DNA from: Octopus vulgaris
Taxonomy: Eukaryota
Direction: 5' to 3'
NCBI GenBank assembly: GCA_951406725.2
Contig: OX597819.1
Coordinates: 14,942,001 to 15,006,000, forward strand
Length of the DNA stretch: 64,000 bases
In this document: positions 27,476-40,597 of the stretch, piece after piece
Layout of the letters: each line of letters starts with the position of its first letter
Position numbering within the stretch: the stretch's first letter is position 1
Made by a program: the position numbers and the translations under genes
Notes under the pieces: generated by a model
Told to the model about the DNA's origin: nothing
Seen by the model: only the letters and a program-made list of their open reading frames with translations
Databases searched by the model: none

Positions 27476-27858
27476 CAGTAATCCCTCGCCATATCACGGT
27501 TCACCTATCACGGTTCACCTATCACAGTTCACCTATCACGGTTCACCTATCGCGGTTTATTATTTGAGCTTATGTCGATTCCTCCGTACTGTTGTTTTGC
27601 ATTTATGATAAAATAAATATTCGCTTTACTCTCTTTTACTCTTTTACTTGTTTCAGTCATTTGACTGTGGCTATGCTGGAGCATCGCCTTTAGTCGACCA
27701 AATCGACCCCAGGACTTATTCTTTGTAAGCCTAATACTTATTCTATCGGTTTCTTTTGCCGAACCGCTAAGTTACGGGGAGGTAAACACACCAGCATCGG
27801 TTGTCAAGCGATGTTAGGGGGACAAACACAGACATACAAACATATACACACACACATG

Positions 27859-27910
<52 letters not shown>

Positions 27911-28206
27911 TACGACGGACTTCTTTCAGTTTCCATCTACCAAATCCACTCACAAGGCTTTGGTCGGCCCGAGGCTATAGTAGAAGACACTTGCCCAAGG
28001 TGCCACGCAGTGGGACTGAACCCGGAACCTTATGGTTCGTAAGTAAGCTACACACCACACAGCCACTCTTACGCCTATATACAAATTATAAAAACAATCT
28101 TTAAAAATATACAATACAGTACTGTTTCAACATCGCGGATTTTCACATATCGCGCGGGTGGGGGTTGGGTTGGAACGTAACATCCGCGATAGTCGTGGGA
28201 TTAGAG
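27476..28206. mobile_element. pogo/Tigger-like MITE containing a SINE B
   Basis: TA|CAGTAATCCCTCGCCATATC ... GATAGTCGTGGGATTAGAG|TA; internal 15-bp tandem repeat tatcacggttcacc. Confidence 0.7.
27625..28077 (-). mobile_element. SINE family B
   Basis: Full copy. Confidence 0.9.
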
Positions 28207-28238
28207 TATATGTCTTTATGCTTGTATTTGTTACCCCC

Positions 28239-28628
28239 GTGGAGGCGCAATGGCCCAGTGGTTAGGGCAGCGGACTCGCGGTCGTAGGATCGCGGTTTCG
28301 ATTCCCAGACCGGGCGTTGTGAGTGTTTATTGAGCGAAAACACCTAAAGCTCCACGAGGCTCCGGCAGGGGATGGTGGTGATCCCTGCTGTACTCTTTCA
28401 CCACAACTTTCTCTCACTCTTACTTCCTCTTTCTGTTGTACCTGTATTTCAAAGGGCCGGCCTTGTCACTGTCTGTGTCATGCTGAATATCCCCGAGAAC
28501 TACGTTAAGGGTACACGTGTCTGTGGAATGCTCAGCCACTTACACGTTAATTTCACGAGCAGGCTGTTCCGTTGATCGGATCAACCGGAACCCTCGTCGT
28601 CGTAACCGACGGAGTGCTTCCTCCCTCC
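28239..28628 (+). mobile_element. tRNA-derived SINE family C, full length
   Basis: A and B boxes; TSD tgttaccccc at 28229-28238 and 28629-28638. Confidence 0.9.
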
Positions 28629-29609
28629 TGTTACCCCCACCGCTTGACAGCTATTTTGTTTTTCCAAATTGACAAATGCTGGTGTTGATTATGTCGCTTC
28701 TTTATTTGCCGTCCAACGGGTGGGACTTTGTGAGTTTTCCCTTTACCATTTTCTCATTCCAGCCTTTCGCTACCATCACAAGATTCTCGTTTAAGAAGAA
28801 GGAGACTCACTCAAGTGTTTCACCGTTTCTCCTTCTTACAACAAACCATTTTCTTCTTCACCTATTGAACTGTTTATCTTCGCTGATTATCAACTAAGAT
28901 TAACATTAGTTCGTAACGACCCTAGTACTTCACGAACTTTTTTCAAGGTGAACATAGCTGAATATTTCGACCTTAGTATGTAATTAATACTATATTTTAT
29001 GGATTCTGGAATGATAAAAGATAAATTAGACCTCACCAAAACCTGAATCTCTTTCTTACATATTATTACAAATGGACAAACTTATCAAAGGTATGTCAGC
29101 GGGAGGGAGAGAGCATGAGAATACGTGGAATATTTTTTGAGTACATTTTACCGCAGTAAAATAGATAAACGTGGTGCCAATGTAATATCATCCAGTAAAT
29201 AATTTATTTATAATAGATATCAGGTAATCGTTGCAACTAACTGCTGCATCCACTGCCAGAAAAAAAAAATATTTTTTGCACTTGTTTTGTTACGAGAATG
29301 AAACGGCGCGAATGGTGATGTATGGAAGCGAGGAAGTGTAACAATGAAAATATGATTTGCGTAGCATCTGGAATATTAATTTGGTTGGTAGTTCCGCGTT
29401 TCTATTTCTGCAATAGAACTTCTTCGGTAGACAGGAAAACAATGGAAAGATACTAAAAACTAAATTGGGCGTAGCTTGAGCTTCTGCCGTGAACGTAAAG
29501 AGCTAAACAGGGAAAAATAATGATTCGGTTTAGTGAGTCGCGTAAACCTAGATATGTAATTGAAGGTAAATAACATATTTACGCGTTAAGGACTTTCCAA
29601 AGGCTTATA

Positions 29610-29991
29610 GTAGTGGAGGCGCAATGGCCCAGCGGTTAGGGCAGCGGACTCGCCATCACAGGATCGCGGTTTCGATTCCCAGACCGGGCGTTGGGAGTGT
29701 TTATTGAGCGAAAACACCTAAAGCTCCACGAGGCTCCGGCAAGGGATGGTGGTGATCCCTGCTGTACTCTTTCACCACAACTTCTCTCACTCTTACTCTG
29801 TTTCTGTTGTCCTGTTTCAAAGGGCCGGCCTTGTCACTCTCTGTGTCACGCTGAATATCCCCGAGAACTACGTTAAGGGTACACGTGTCTGTGGAGTGCT
29901 CAGCCACTTACACGTTAATTTCACGAGCAGGCTGTTCCGTTGATTCGGATCAACCGGAACCCTCGTCGTCGTAACCGACGGAGTGCTTCCG
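29610..29991 (+). mobile_element. SINE family C, full length
   Basis: TSD aaaggcttata at 29599-29609 and 29992-30002. Confidence 0.9.
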
Positions 29992-30300
29992 AAAGGCTTA
30001 TAAAAGCGTTACAGAGAGAAACCGATTTCTGCAAGAAATAGGAACTGGACCGGACACTTGGTTTATCAAGAGCTTATCTGATTCCATTCTACGGAATTGA
30101 CTAAAAGTGTGTGGTTCAAATATTGGAATATTTTGTTGATATGTTTTTCTTTACTACCCTCCCCCACAAAAAGGCTGTTAATGTGTGTGTGTTAAATTAA
30201 GGTTGTTATTTTAGTACAAATTTAAACATAACAACGCAAAATTTGCTGATGACGGAGACTCAACAGTCTTTTCTACTCTAGGCACAAGGCCCGAAATTTG

Positions 30301-30357
<57 letters not shown>

Positions 30358-30852
30358 AATTATGGCAGTAGTTGATGTTTAATTATTAGCTACTGAGTCA
30401 GTATTAATGCCAACAGTTAATGTTTATATCCAATTTAACATGGATGCCTTGTTAGAACACCGAATACTGCGTTGTCAGCCTTGAGAGGCGCTTGGAGCAT
30501 AAAAGCAAACATTTATATCATAGCAGACGAAATCCATCTGACATGGGCGCTGACATTCCTACATCACGTGATTTCGGTCTACTGAACCTCATCTGTGGGA
30601 AGCACCAGTCACCACATGCAAGTCAAATGTTGCTGTTACAATATATAGAATTTCAACATCTTTTCAGTCACCGATATCACAAATAGCCAGCAGGGTTATT
30701 AAAAACAGGTATTGTTTTAGCCTTCAGATTCCACATTTTGCTAATTTCTATTTCAAGATCTTTATATTTGCTCAGTTTTTGGTAGGTCTTGAAAGATACG
30801 TTTATATCGATTGGGACAGTCATATCGATAAGGAGGCATGAATTTTGTCTGA

Positions 30853-30924
<72 letters not shown>

Positions 30925-31333
30925 AATCATGTTCTCGAGAAAATTTTTATCGTTTTATGAATAAATTATTAAATCGGTGATGAATCACGCTGCTTCCTGC
31001 TTAAAGTCAAATATGATTAACTATTTGAAATTTTTGAAATTTGAAGTTAAACTTTTTCACTCCGTGAACTGCCTCTACTCGTTGTCAACGCCTCACTAAA
31101 TCACTCTAGAAATTTGTGATTTAGACTGTTGTTTGGGTGGTATGCATGCGAGGTTGCATGTGAATGACACAACAACACAAAACAAACATGTAATAGAAAC
31201 GTTTATTTCACCGCACATGTAATATTGGGGTTGGCCAGGAATTATAAACTCTCACAAGAATAATTCAGTAGCGTTCATAAATAGCTGATTACAAAAGCTC
31301 TGTACTAAAGCTTATCAAGACATGAGAATATAT

Positions 31334-31717
31334 ACACAGTAGAACAATGAAGGCCAATTATATCGACATATCCAAGCAGTTAGTCTCGAAAGCGATTATT
31401 ATAAGCGGCAAGAGAGTGTGTGGAGCTGGACCGCAGGTTACCGCGTATTTTACAAGATGGTGTTTAGATCAAGTCTTCGTATAACTCTTGTACTGAGAAA
31501 TTCCAGAAGGATCTAGAACCTATCACACAGTAGAACCATGAAGGCCAATTATATCAACATATCCAAGCAGTTAGTCTCGAAAGCGATTATTATAAGCGGC
31601 AAGAGAGTGTGTGGAGCTAGACCGCAGGTTACCGCGTATTTTACAAGATGGTGCTTAGATCAAGTCTTCGTATAACTCTTGTACTGAGAAATTCCAGAAG
31701 GATCTAGAACGTATCAC
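31334..31717. repeat. 191-bp tandem duplication
   Basis: acacagtagaac...ggatctagaac starts at 31334 and again at 31525, with few mismatches. Confidence 0.9.
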
Positions 31718-32191
31718 GCGATGTCTGGCTGTTGAATCATCCTTAACTCGAACTCTCGCGTGAACTAGGTTGTGCTATGACGTGACTTAAACTTCGTAAT
31801 TTGATGTCTCGGTTTGTACGGAAGAGAGCAATGACGCCCGTTACGCTCAAAATTCACTCAATCGTTTAAGAAGTTGGTATATTATAAACGAAGTCTCCAT
31901 TAAATTAAGCGTTTGTTATATTAAGATAATCTTCGGTCCAATTATAAATGTGTTTTGAAGTAAACTTAATATTTTTAGCCAACACTGAGAGATTTTTGGC
32001 AAATATAAACAAATAAATCTTGTTATCTCTTTAATTATTCACACCCGATGCTTTATATAATAACAACAATAAATGAATTGAATTTGAGATCAGCAAAGCT
32101 TACATTTTGTAAACGAAAGCAATTGATGTACAGAAACCACTACAGGGTGTGTGTGTATATACATACATACATACATACATACATACATACA

Positions 32192-32240
<49 letters not shown>

Positions 32241-32241
<1 letters not shown>

Positions 32242-32440
32242 CTCTTTTACTTGTTTCACTCATTTGACTGTGGCCATGCTGGAACACCGCATTTAATCGA
32301 GCATTTCGACCCCAGGAATTATTCTTTATAAGCCCAGTACTTATTCTCTCGGTCGCTTTTGCCGAACCGCTAAGTTACGGGTACGTAAACATACCAGCAT
32401 CGGTTGTCAGGCAAAGTTGGGGGGACAAACTCAGACACAC
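32241..32440 (-). mobile_element. SINE family B, 3' half (5' half at 35107-35263)
   Basis: Split by the Penelope-like insertion in its internal microsatellite. Confidence 0.85.
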
Positions 32441-32621
32441 ACACATACACACACATACATATATATATATATGTATATATACATACATATATATATATAT
32501 CACCTCCTTCTATTCCCCTCTGCCCTCTAACCCCACACGTAGCTACCAACAGACGGTATCCTCTACTGTCCACGACCTCATCTCGTCCTCCCGTCTCCCC
32601 CGCACCGCATCCAACCTAATT

Positions 32622-34030
32622 GTGCTAACCCCACGTACCCCCACCATTTACTTCCTCCCCAAAATCCACAAACCCAACAACCCTGGCCGCCCCATCGTCT
32701 CCGCCTGTAACTGCCCCACGGAGCTCATCTCTAAATACCTCGACCGTGTCCTTGCCCCCCTAGTGGCATCTCTTCCCTCCCACATCCACGATACCAACCA
32801 TGCTCTCCGGCTTTTCAACTCTTTCTCCTTTCCTCCCGGCTCCTCCAAAATCCTTTTTACTATGGACATCCAAAGCCTCTATACTGTTATCCCTCACCAC
32901 GAAGGACTGCAGGCCCTTCGACACTTTCTTGACCTCCGCTCTAACCCTGTACCTGACACCTCCACACTCATTCGTCTGGCCGAACTTGTCCTTACTCTGA
33001 ACTGCTTCTCGTTCGCGGGCGAGTTCTACCATCAGGTCTCGGGAGTGGCCATGGGAACGCGAATGGGCCCCAACTATGCGAACCTGTTCGTTGGCTATGT
33101 TGAGGCCCAAATATTCTCTAATTTCACTGGTCCCACTCCTGAACTATATGGTCGTTACATTGACGACATTATCGGTGCCACCTCACTCTCCCGCGAACAT
33201 CTAGATTCCTTCCTCTCTTTCGTCCAATCTTTCCATCCAGCCCTCCACTTCACTTCCACTATCTCCAACACCTCTGTCTCCTTCCTCGACATTTCGGTTA
33301 GCATTCTTCACTCGACTCTTACCACCTCCATTCACTACAAACACACAGACTCACACTCATACCTCAACTTCTCTTCCTCCCACCCAGAACACACCAAGCT
33401 TTCCATCCCCTATTCCCAATTCCTCCGTCTACGTAGGCTCTGTAGTGACGACCATGACTTTGAGACTCAGTCTCAACGTATGGCTCACCACTTCACCCTA
33501 CGTGGATACCCCCCTCACCACTATCCACACCGCCCTTGCCAGAGCACGGTCCGTGGACCGTGTATCTGCTCTCTCTCCCCGAACCCGCCCTGTAGTCTCC
33601 CGCCTCCCTTTTCCCCTCACTTACCACCCCACGACCCTACGTCTCCAACGCACCATTCTTCGAGCTTTCCGTCATCTCCAGTCCGACCCGTCCACTTCAC
33701 ACCTCTTCCCTAACCGACCCCTCCCCTCTTTCAAACGAGCCCACAACCTTCGAGACCTTTTGGTCCATAGCTCCTTCCCTGACCCTACCTCCCAACCCGA
33801 CTCGTTCGGGACGCCGCTTGGCTGACCGGTTCGCGGAACACCTTCGTGACATCCACCTTGCGAACGACACACCGGTCTCACGCCATTTCCGCTCCACCGG
33901 TCACTCCCCTTGCAACACCTATCTGTGTTCGGTTTGTCCTTACACAGAGGCCATCCGGATTCCCGTTTGCGCCGTGAACAGGAATTAATCTTCTCTCTTC
34001 GCTCTTATACGCCATTTGGTCTCAACTCTC
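32622..34030 (+). pseudogene. PLE reverse transcriptase plus partial GIY-YIG endonuclease (frameshifted, N-half of the endonuclease deleted)
   Basis: YFLPKIHKPNNPGRPIVS...MDIQSLYTVIP...GVAMGTRMGPNYANLF...RYIDD...FLDI...PYSQFLRLRRLCS; then GRRLADRFAEHLRDI...VSRHF...RLRREQELIFSL...PFGLN. Confidence 0.92.
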
Positions 34031-34394
34031 CCCCCTCCTCATCTAACCCCCCTCTCCCCCTCCTCACCTATCCTTTCCCCCCGACCCCTACTTCTTCAGT
34101 CCTTCATCCTTTCACCCCTACTCCCCTTCCCTTCTTCCCTCTTTCTCCCTCCCTCCTTCCCTCTTCCCCTTCCCTCTGCTCCCTCACTCCCTCTCTCCCC
34201 TTCTCTCTCCCCTTCTCTCTCCCCTGTCCCTCTTTCCTCCTTCCTCCCCCTCCTCCCCTTCCTTCTCCCCCTCCTCTCCTCTTCCCCCCTCTCCTCCCCC
34301 TCTTCTTCCCCTCCCCTTCTCCCCCCTTCTCCCCCTCCCCTCTTCTCCTCACTACACCACACGACGTTACACATCACATCATATATGATGTGCC

Positions 34395-34720
34395 ATACTA
34401 ATACATACACCAATTAATACATACTAATACGTACTAATACATACTAATACATACTAATACATACACCAACCCTATACATACACACGTCCAGACCCCGCAT
34501 ATGCACTTATACTCTCTCATACACACACACACACACTTATACATACTAATACGTACTAATACATACTAATACATACTAATACATACACCAACCCCATACA
34601 TACGCACGTCCAGACCAATCCTACGCACTAATACTCTCTCATACACACACACACACCCTTATACATACTAATACATACACCAACCCTATACATACACACG
34701 TCCAGACCCCTCCTACGCAC
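34395..34720. repeat. About 105-110-bp tandem repeat, 3 copies, inside the PLE 3' region
   Basis: catactaatac...caaccctatacatacacacgtccagacc repeated. Confidence 0.85.
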
Positions 34721-34883
34721 TATTAGCTGGTCCTTCAACCCTATTATCTCCCCTTATTTCGCTCTCGCGTCTCATGTTTGATCTTTGACCTCTGGCCGAA
34801 ATCAGATCGCCATGTTGATTCGTTAGCTACTGCACGCATTTTTTTTTCTCTCCTTCTTTCTGTGTTTTTTTTCTCTCTGTGTA

Positions 34884-34921
34884 TCTTTCTGTTGAAGAGC
34901 GTAGGCTCGAAACGTTAAAGA
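34884..34921 (+). ncRNA. Minimal type I hammerhead-like motif with non-canonical core
   Basis: tcttt CTGTTGA a gagc-gtag-gctc GAAAC GTT aaaga. Confidence 0.6.
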
Positions 34922-35106
34922 CTTGTTTTATTTATATTTCCTGAGCGCCATACTAATACAATTGTTCGTTTGTTTTCCACCTGCCTTCGTCTTTTGTCTA
35001 TTTTCCTAAAGCTTCCCGTTATATACATATATACATATATATATATATATACATATATATACATATATACATATATACATATATATACATACATATACAT
35101 ATACAT

Positions 35107-35263
35107 GACGGGCTTCTTTCAGTTTCCGTCTACCAAATCCACTCACAAGGCTTTGTTCAGCCCGAGGCTATAGTAGAAGACACTTGCCCAAGGTGCCACG
35201 CAGTGGGACTGAACCCGGAATCATGTGGTTAGTAATCAAGCTACTTACCACACAGCCACTCCT
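35107..35263 (-). mobile_element. SINE family B, 5' half
   Basis: Head, pairs with 32241-32440. Confidence 0.85.
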
Positions 35264-35499
35264 AAGAAATAAATGCTTGACTTCTGCAGGTGAACTGAAT
35301 CAGATTCGAAACTATGCCAACTCAACACCCTTGTTTTTCTTCTGTCCAGCAGATAACAACAATCATATTCTTCTATATTTTTCAGACGGTTCAAGGCGTT
35401 GGCTGAAAATACAAAGTTTATTCAAATATGCGTTTATAATTATCAATACACACACACACACTGCGGTTTTATGTCGTACTAATTAATTTTTGGTAATTT

Positions 35500-36028
35500 A
35501 ACGGTACTACACAGGAAGGTTGCATCAATGGAACAGTTGTGCTACTGGCAGAAGCTGGAAGAGCTCCGTCACTATTCCCTGAAGCGAAGACGGAGGAGAT
35601 ATGTAGTGGTAGACGTATGGAAGATCCTGGAGGGGTTATCACTTAACTTTGGCATCGATAGCTGTACCAGTTTCCGTACTGGACGTTTCTGCACTGTTCC
35701 AAAGGTTCTAGCTATGAGGCTCACGTACTGCAATAGCTTGGGATTTAAGGGCCCACGGCTATTTATTTAATACCTTGCCAAAACATCTGTGGGATCTACA
35801 TGGTGTAGGGTTAGATGTTATCAAGAAACAACTTGATCTCTTGCGCGCCAAGGTCCCAGATAAACCTGCACCACGGCAAGAAACTCAAAAGAAGGTGGTA
35901 ATATTGAACTCCCCACTTCACCAAAAGCCAGTCGCAAAAGAATGACCATTGAAAAAGTGATAACACTGATGGTGCCCCAAAATGACCACAGCCTTTGGGC
36001 TTAACTGCATAAAAGAATAAAAGAATAA
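35500..36028 (+). mobile_element. CR1/L2-group LINE 3' fragment
   Basis: YWQKLEELRHYSLKRRRRRY...VWKILEGL..NFGI...NSLGFKGPRLF..LPKHL...KKQLDLL..KVPDKP; short tail ending taaaagaataaaagaata. Confidence 0.8.
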
Positions 36029-36811
36029 CTAATAATTCTACCTACCAACACACTAAGTGGTCCGAAGTCCGTAGGCCAGGCCTTACACCCTCAACTCTTT
36101 GATGGAGTCGTAAAGGAGCCGTCGTAAAATACGGCGGGACTTGGTCATTCTTTATATTTAGGCCTAGAAGTGTCCATCTCTCCAAGTTCGATTAGAATTA
36201 GGCGGGAGAAAGAGAAAGACCAATTCCAGAACAGGACTGGTATTTAATGCATTGTACTTTATGAATTGCAGTTTATGTATTGTACTTTATATACTGTACT
36301 TCGATATATATATATATATATATATAATTAATATATTGTGGACGAATTTGATAGACGGAAACTATGTGGAGGCCGTATGCGTAAATAAACACACACATAT
36401 ATATTCATGTGTGTGTGTGTGTGTGTGTGCATATATATATGTAACTGTGTGTTTACTCCCACACGACAACACTTGACAACCGGTGTTGGTTTGTTTACGT
36501 CTCCATAACTTTGCAGCTCAGAAAGAGACCGACAGAATATGTACTAGACTTCGAGTAAGTACTGGCGTCGATTTGTTCTTTGTAGATGGCGCTCGACTGA
36601 AACGAGTAAAAGAATTAAAAAAATAACGCATAGTGTATATGGAGCAACATTATCGCGTGTCCTTCCTTTCTTTCAATGCTAAAGTGTGACATGACGGGGC
36701 TTCGGCTTCTATTTCTAGCGCGCTCGTTAGCTCGATGTCAGTAGTTGTTATTAGCCCCAGGTTAACGTTCATTGAGCAAATCTGTGATCCAAACCATTTC
36801 ATTCATGACCA

Positions 36812-37262
36812 TAGGTGCAGGAGTGGCTGTGTGGTAAGTAGTTTGCTTACCAACCATATGGTGCCGGGTTCAGTCTCACTGCCTGGCACCTTGGGCAAGT
36901 ATCTTCTACTATAGCCTCGGCCCGACTAAAGCCTTGTGAGTGGATTTGGTAGATGGAAACTGAAAGAAGCCCGTCGTATATATGTACACATATATATAAA
37001 TATGTGTGTGTGTGTGTGTGTGTATGTGTGTGTGTGTGTGTTTGTATGTCTGTGTTTGTCCCCCAAGATCACTTGACAACCGATGCTGGTGTGTTTACGT
37101 CCCCGTAACTTAGCGGTTCGGCAAAAGAGACCGATAGAATAAGTACTAGGCTTATAAAGAATAAGTCCTGGGGGCCAGTTTGATCGACTAAAGGCGGTGC
37201 TCCAGCATGGCCACAGTCAAATGACTGAAACAAGTAAAAGAGCAAAAGAGAGTAAAGAGTAT
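36812..37262 (+). mobile_element. SINE family B
   Basis: Full copy; a degenerate copy also lies at about 36335-36615. Confidence 0.9.
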
Positions 37263-37560
37263 CCCATCCTTTTTCTGCATCTAGAACTCTATTGTCCAAC
37301 GTGGACATCCATACTGTAAGAAGGTAGGAGGTGAACTAAAGAATATTTAGCTGCTATTTCTAACACGTGGTGTGACAACGCAGACATTTACATTTTTTTC
37401 GGCGTAGTTTTTTGATGAAGGAGATGCTTTGTTGTATTCCATTCATTAATAATAATAAAAAATTCCCGCTGAGACAAAAAACTCTGGCGGGAAGAAAGTA
37501 AATGAACGGGAAGGTTAACATAGTTAAATGTTTTGCCAATATTTTGATGTAATTAGCAGT

Positions 37561-37628
<68 letters not shown>

Positions 37629-37788
37629 GCGTGTAAATCACATTTTGACCACACATACATTGATATATGAAGCCGGGAAAATACTTGGCGAGATCAAAAT
37701 TTGGCAGTTTACCACAAGGAAATGCATATTTCTGTAAATATGGATTAACGAATATGTTTTACTAGTGTCTATGTGTGTGCGTGTGTGT

Positions 37789-37885
<97 letters not shown>

Positions 37886-38241
37886 ATGATCTTTTTTTTT
37901 ACATGTTTCAGCGTGTGTGTATGTGTGTATGATGATCTTTTTTTTTACGTGTTTCAGTCATGTGACTGCTGCCATTCTGGAGCAACGCCTTGAAGAGTTT
38001 TAGTCGAAGAAATAGACCCTAGGACTTATTTTAGAAGACTACTTCAAGGAAATTAAATGCCGAATTGATATGCATTGAGTTTCCTTTTTATAGCACCAGC
38101 TCAGATACTTTTCGATCAGACCTCGTAATTAGCGTAAATAGCTACACATTTAACAAGCATTATTTTTTTTTTCTCTCTCTACTTGAAGCTCAGAGCTGCG
38201 GTCATGCTGATGTACCGCCATTTATGGCCATTTATCTATAT

Positions 38242-38833
38242 TTATTCTTTTCTACTCTAGGCACAAGGCCCGAAATTTTAGGGGAGGGGGTCAGTCGATT
38301 AGATCGACCTCAGTACAGTACGCAACTGGTACTTAATTTATCGACCCTGAAAGGATGAAAGGCAAAGAGTATCTCTACGGAATTTGAACGCAAAACGTAA
38401 GGACAGAAGAAATACCTATTTCTTTATTACCCACAAGGGGCTAAACACAGAGCCGACAAACAAGGAAAGACATAGGTATTAAGTCGATTAGATCGACCCC
38501 AGTGTGCAACTGGTACTTAATTTATCGACCCCGAAAGGATGAAAGGCAAAGTCGACCTCGGCGGAATTTGAACTCACAACGTAACGCAGACGAAATACTT
38601 ATTTCTTTATTACCCACAAGGGGCTAAACATAGAGGGGACAAACAAGGACAGACATAGGTATTAAGTCGATTACATCGACCCCAGTGCGTAACTGGTACT
38701 TAATTTATCGACCCCGAAAGGATGAAAGGCAAAGTCGACCTCGGCGGAATTTGAACTCAGAACGTAGCGCCAGACGAAATACCGCTAAGCATTTCGTCCG
38801 GTGAGCTAACGTTTCTGCCAGTTCGCCGCCTTA
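38242..38833 (-). mobile_element. SINE family A trimer
   Basis: One head and three core units; TSD atttatctatat at 38230-38241 and 38834-38845. Confidence 0.9.
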
Positions 38834-39072
38834 ATTTATCTATATGGATTAAAGATTCTAAGTTAGCCTTGTAACCTGCATAAATGCAATCTTTCTGCAA
38901 GGATTAGTGCCAATAAAAAAAGGAATTAGCGATGATAATGATTGTAAATAATTCCATCAATCAGCTTTTAATGTCGAGATGTTTGGTTGCCATGGGTTAT
39001 GGAATGAACTTAACAACAACACGACTAACAACAACAACAGACCCCAGCGTTCCAACTGACACCTCAAATAAT

Positions 39073-39745
39073 CCTTTCTACTGAAATTTTTTTTGGAGGA
39101 GATAGTCGATTACATCGATCCCAATGTTTTACTGGTACTTAATTTATCGACCCCGAAAGGATGAAAGGCAAAGTCAACCACGGTGGTATTTGAACTCAGA
39201 ACGTTGCATCAGTGAAATACCTATTTCTTTACTACACACAAGGGGCTAAAGACAGAGAGGACAAACAAGGACAGACAAACGGTTTAAGTCGGTTATATCG
39301 ACCCCAGTCGATAAGGCGGCGAGCTGGCAGAAACGTTTGCACGCCGGGCGATATGCGTAGCCGTATTTTGTCTGCTGTTACGTTCTGAGTTCAAATTCCG
39401 TCGAGGTCGACTTTGCCTTTCATCCTTTCGGGGTCGATAAATAAAGTACCAGTTACGCACTGGGGCCGATGTAATCGACTTAATCACTTTGTCTGTCCTT
39501 GTTTGTCCCCTCTATGTCTAGCCCCTTGTGGGCAATAAATAAATATATATCGACCCCAGTGCGTAACTGGTACTTAATTTAGCCCCTTGTGGGTAATAAA
39601 GAAATAGGTACTTAATTTATCGACCCCGAGAGGATGAAATACAAAGTCGACCGCGGTGGAATTTGAAACTCAGAACGAAACGGCAGACGAAATACCGCTA
39701 AGCATTTCACCCTGCGTTCTAACGTTTCTGCCAGCTCACCGCCTT
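39073..39745 (-). mobile_element. SINE family A dimer with a nested antisense SINE A (39309-39545)
   Basis: Outer TSD tgacacctcaaataat (39057-39072, 39746-39761); inner TSD tatatcgaccccagt (39294-39308, 39546-39560). Confidence 0.9.
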
Positions 39746-40444
39746 TGACACCTCAAATAATGGCGGCATTACAACAAAGCAAAGAATATTTCATTCTAAT
39801 TGTTAATTAATTTTTGTATATGCAAGTTGGCTTGACTCGAGATTGTGCACTCATTTCTTTTTTTTTCTTTTTTTTTTCTTAACCTTTCTTATTTAAGGCG
39901 GCCATATGATAACTCAATAAAATGTGATAGTCTCTGGGTAGATATACTCTCACGAAGATGGCTTGACACCGATTCATCCACGAGATGAAGCTAAAACCTA
40001 ACGTGGAAATATGCAAAAGATTTCAACATGTTCAACTTCCATTTCCAGCTATTTCAAGACCAACAGAAAACGTTTTGTAAGTTAGTAACCGTTTTTGATG
40101 TTTTATTCCTGGTTTTTGTTTCTTTTTAAGAATGATAAAGAATACAGATACACATGGTTATAAATATTACATATGCACACGTCTATACGTTTCCACTTCA
40201 TATTGAGGTCTGTTTATATAGCAAGATAGGCTATAAATATCCAGAGCGCTAAAAGAAACCTCTAAATATTCAGAAAAATATGTTCCTGTGAGATATGGAA
40301 AGTATTTTGGTATTTGACCAGTACAAAGGTTTGTGCTTAACGTTAAGCCGTGAAAGAATGATGATTCACAAAATAACAAAGACCGCCCTATCTCTCCACT
40401 TTTAATCAATAAAAGTATACATACATATGAATATATACATAGAC

Positions 40445-40514
<70 letters not shown>

Positions 40515-40544
40515 GTATATATATTTATATGTATACATATATAT

Positions 40545-40597
<53 letters not shown>

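Larger units (their letters stand above)
32501..35020 (+). mobile_element. Penelope-like retroelement (probably Neptune-type), 5'-truncated, with 3' terminal repeat region
   Basis: RT, GIY-YIG remnant, polypyrimidine tract, tandem repeats and a hammerhead-like motif; bounded by (TA)-rich arrays. Confidence 0.9.

Noticed and set aside
28239-28312. tRNA-like sequences with A and B boxes (also 24747, 29612, 42260-42335)
   Set aside because: SINE heads continuing into SINE bodies with TSDs; no complete cloverleaf or terminator
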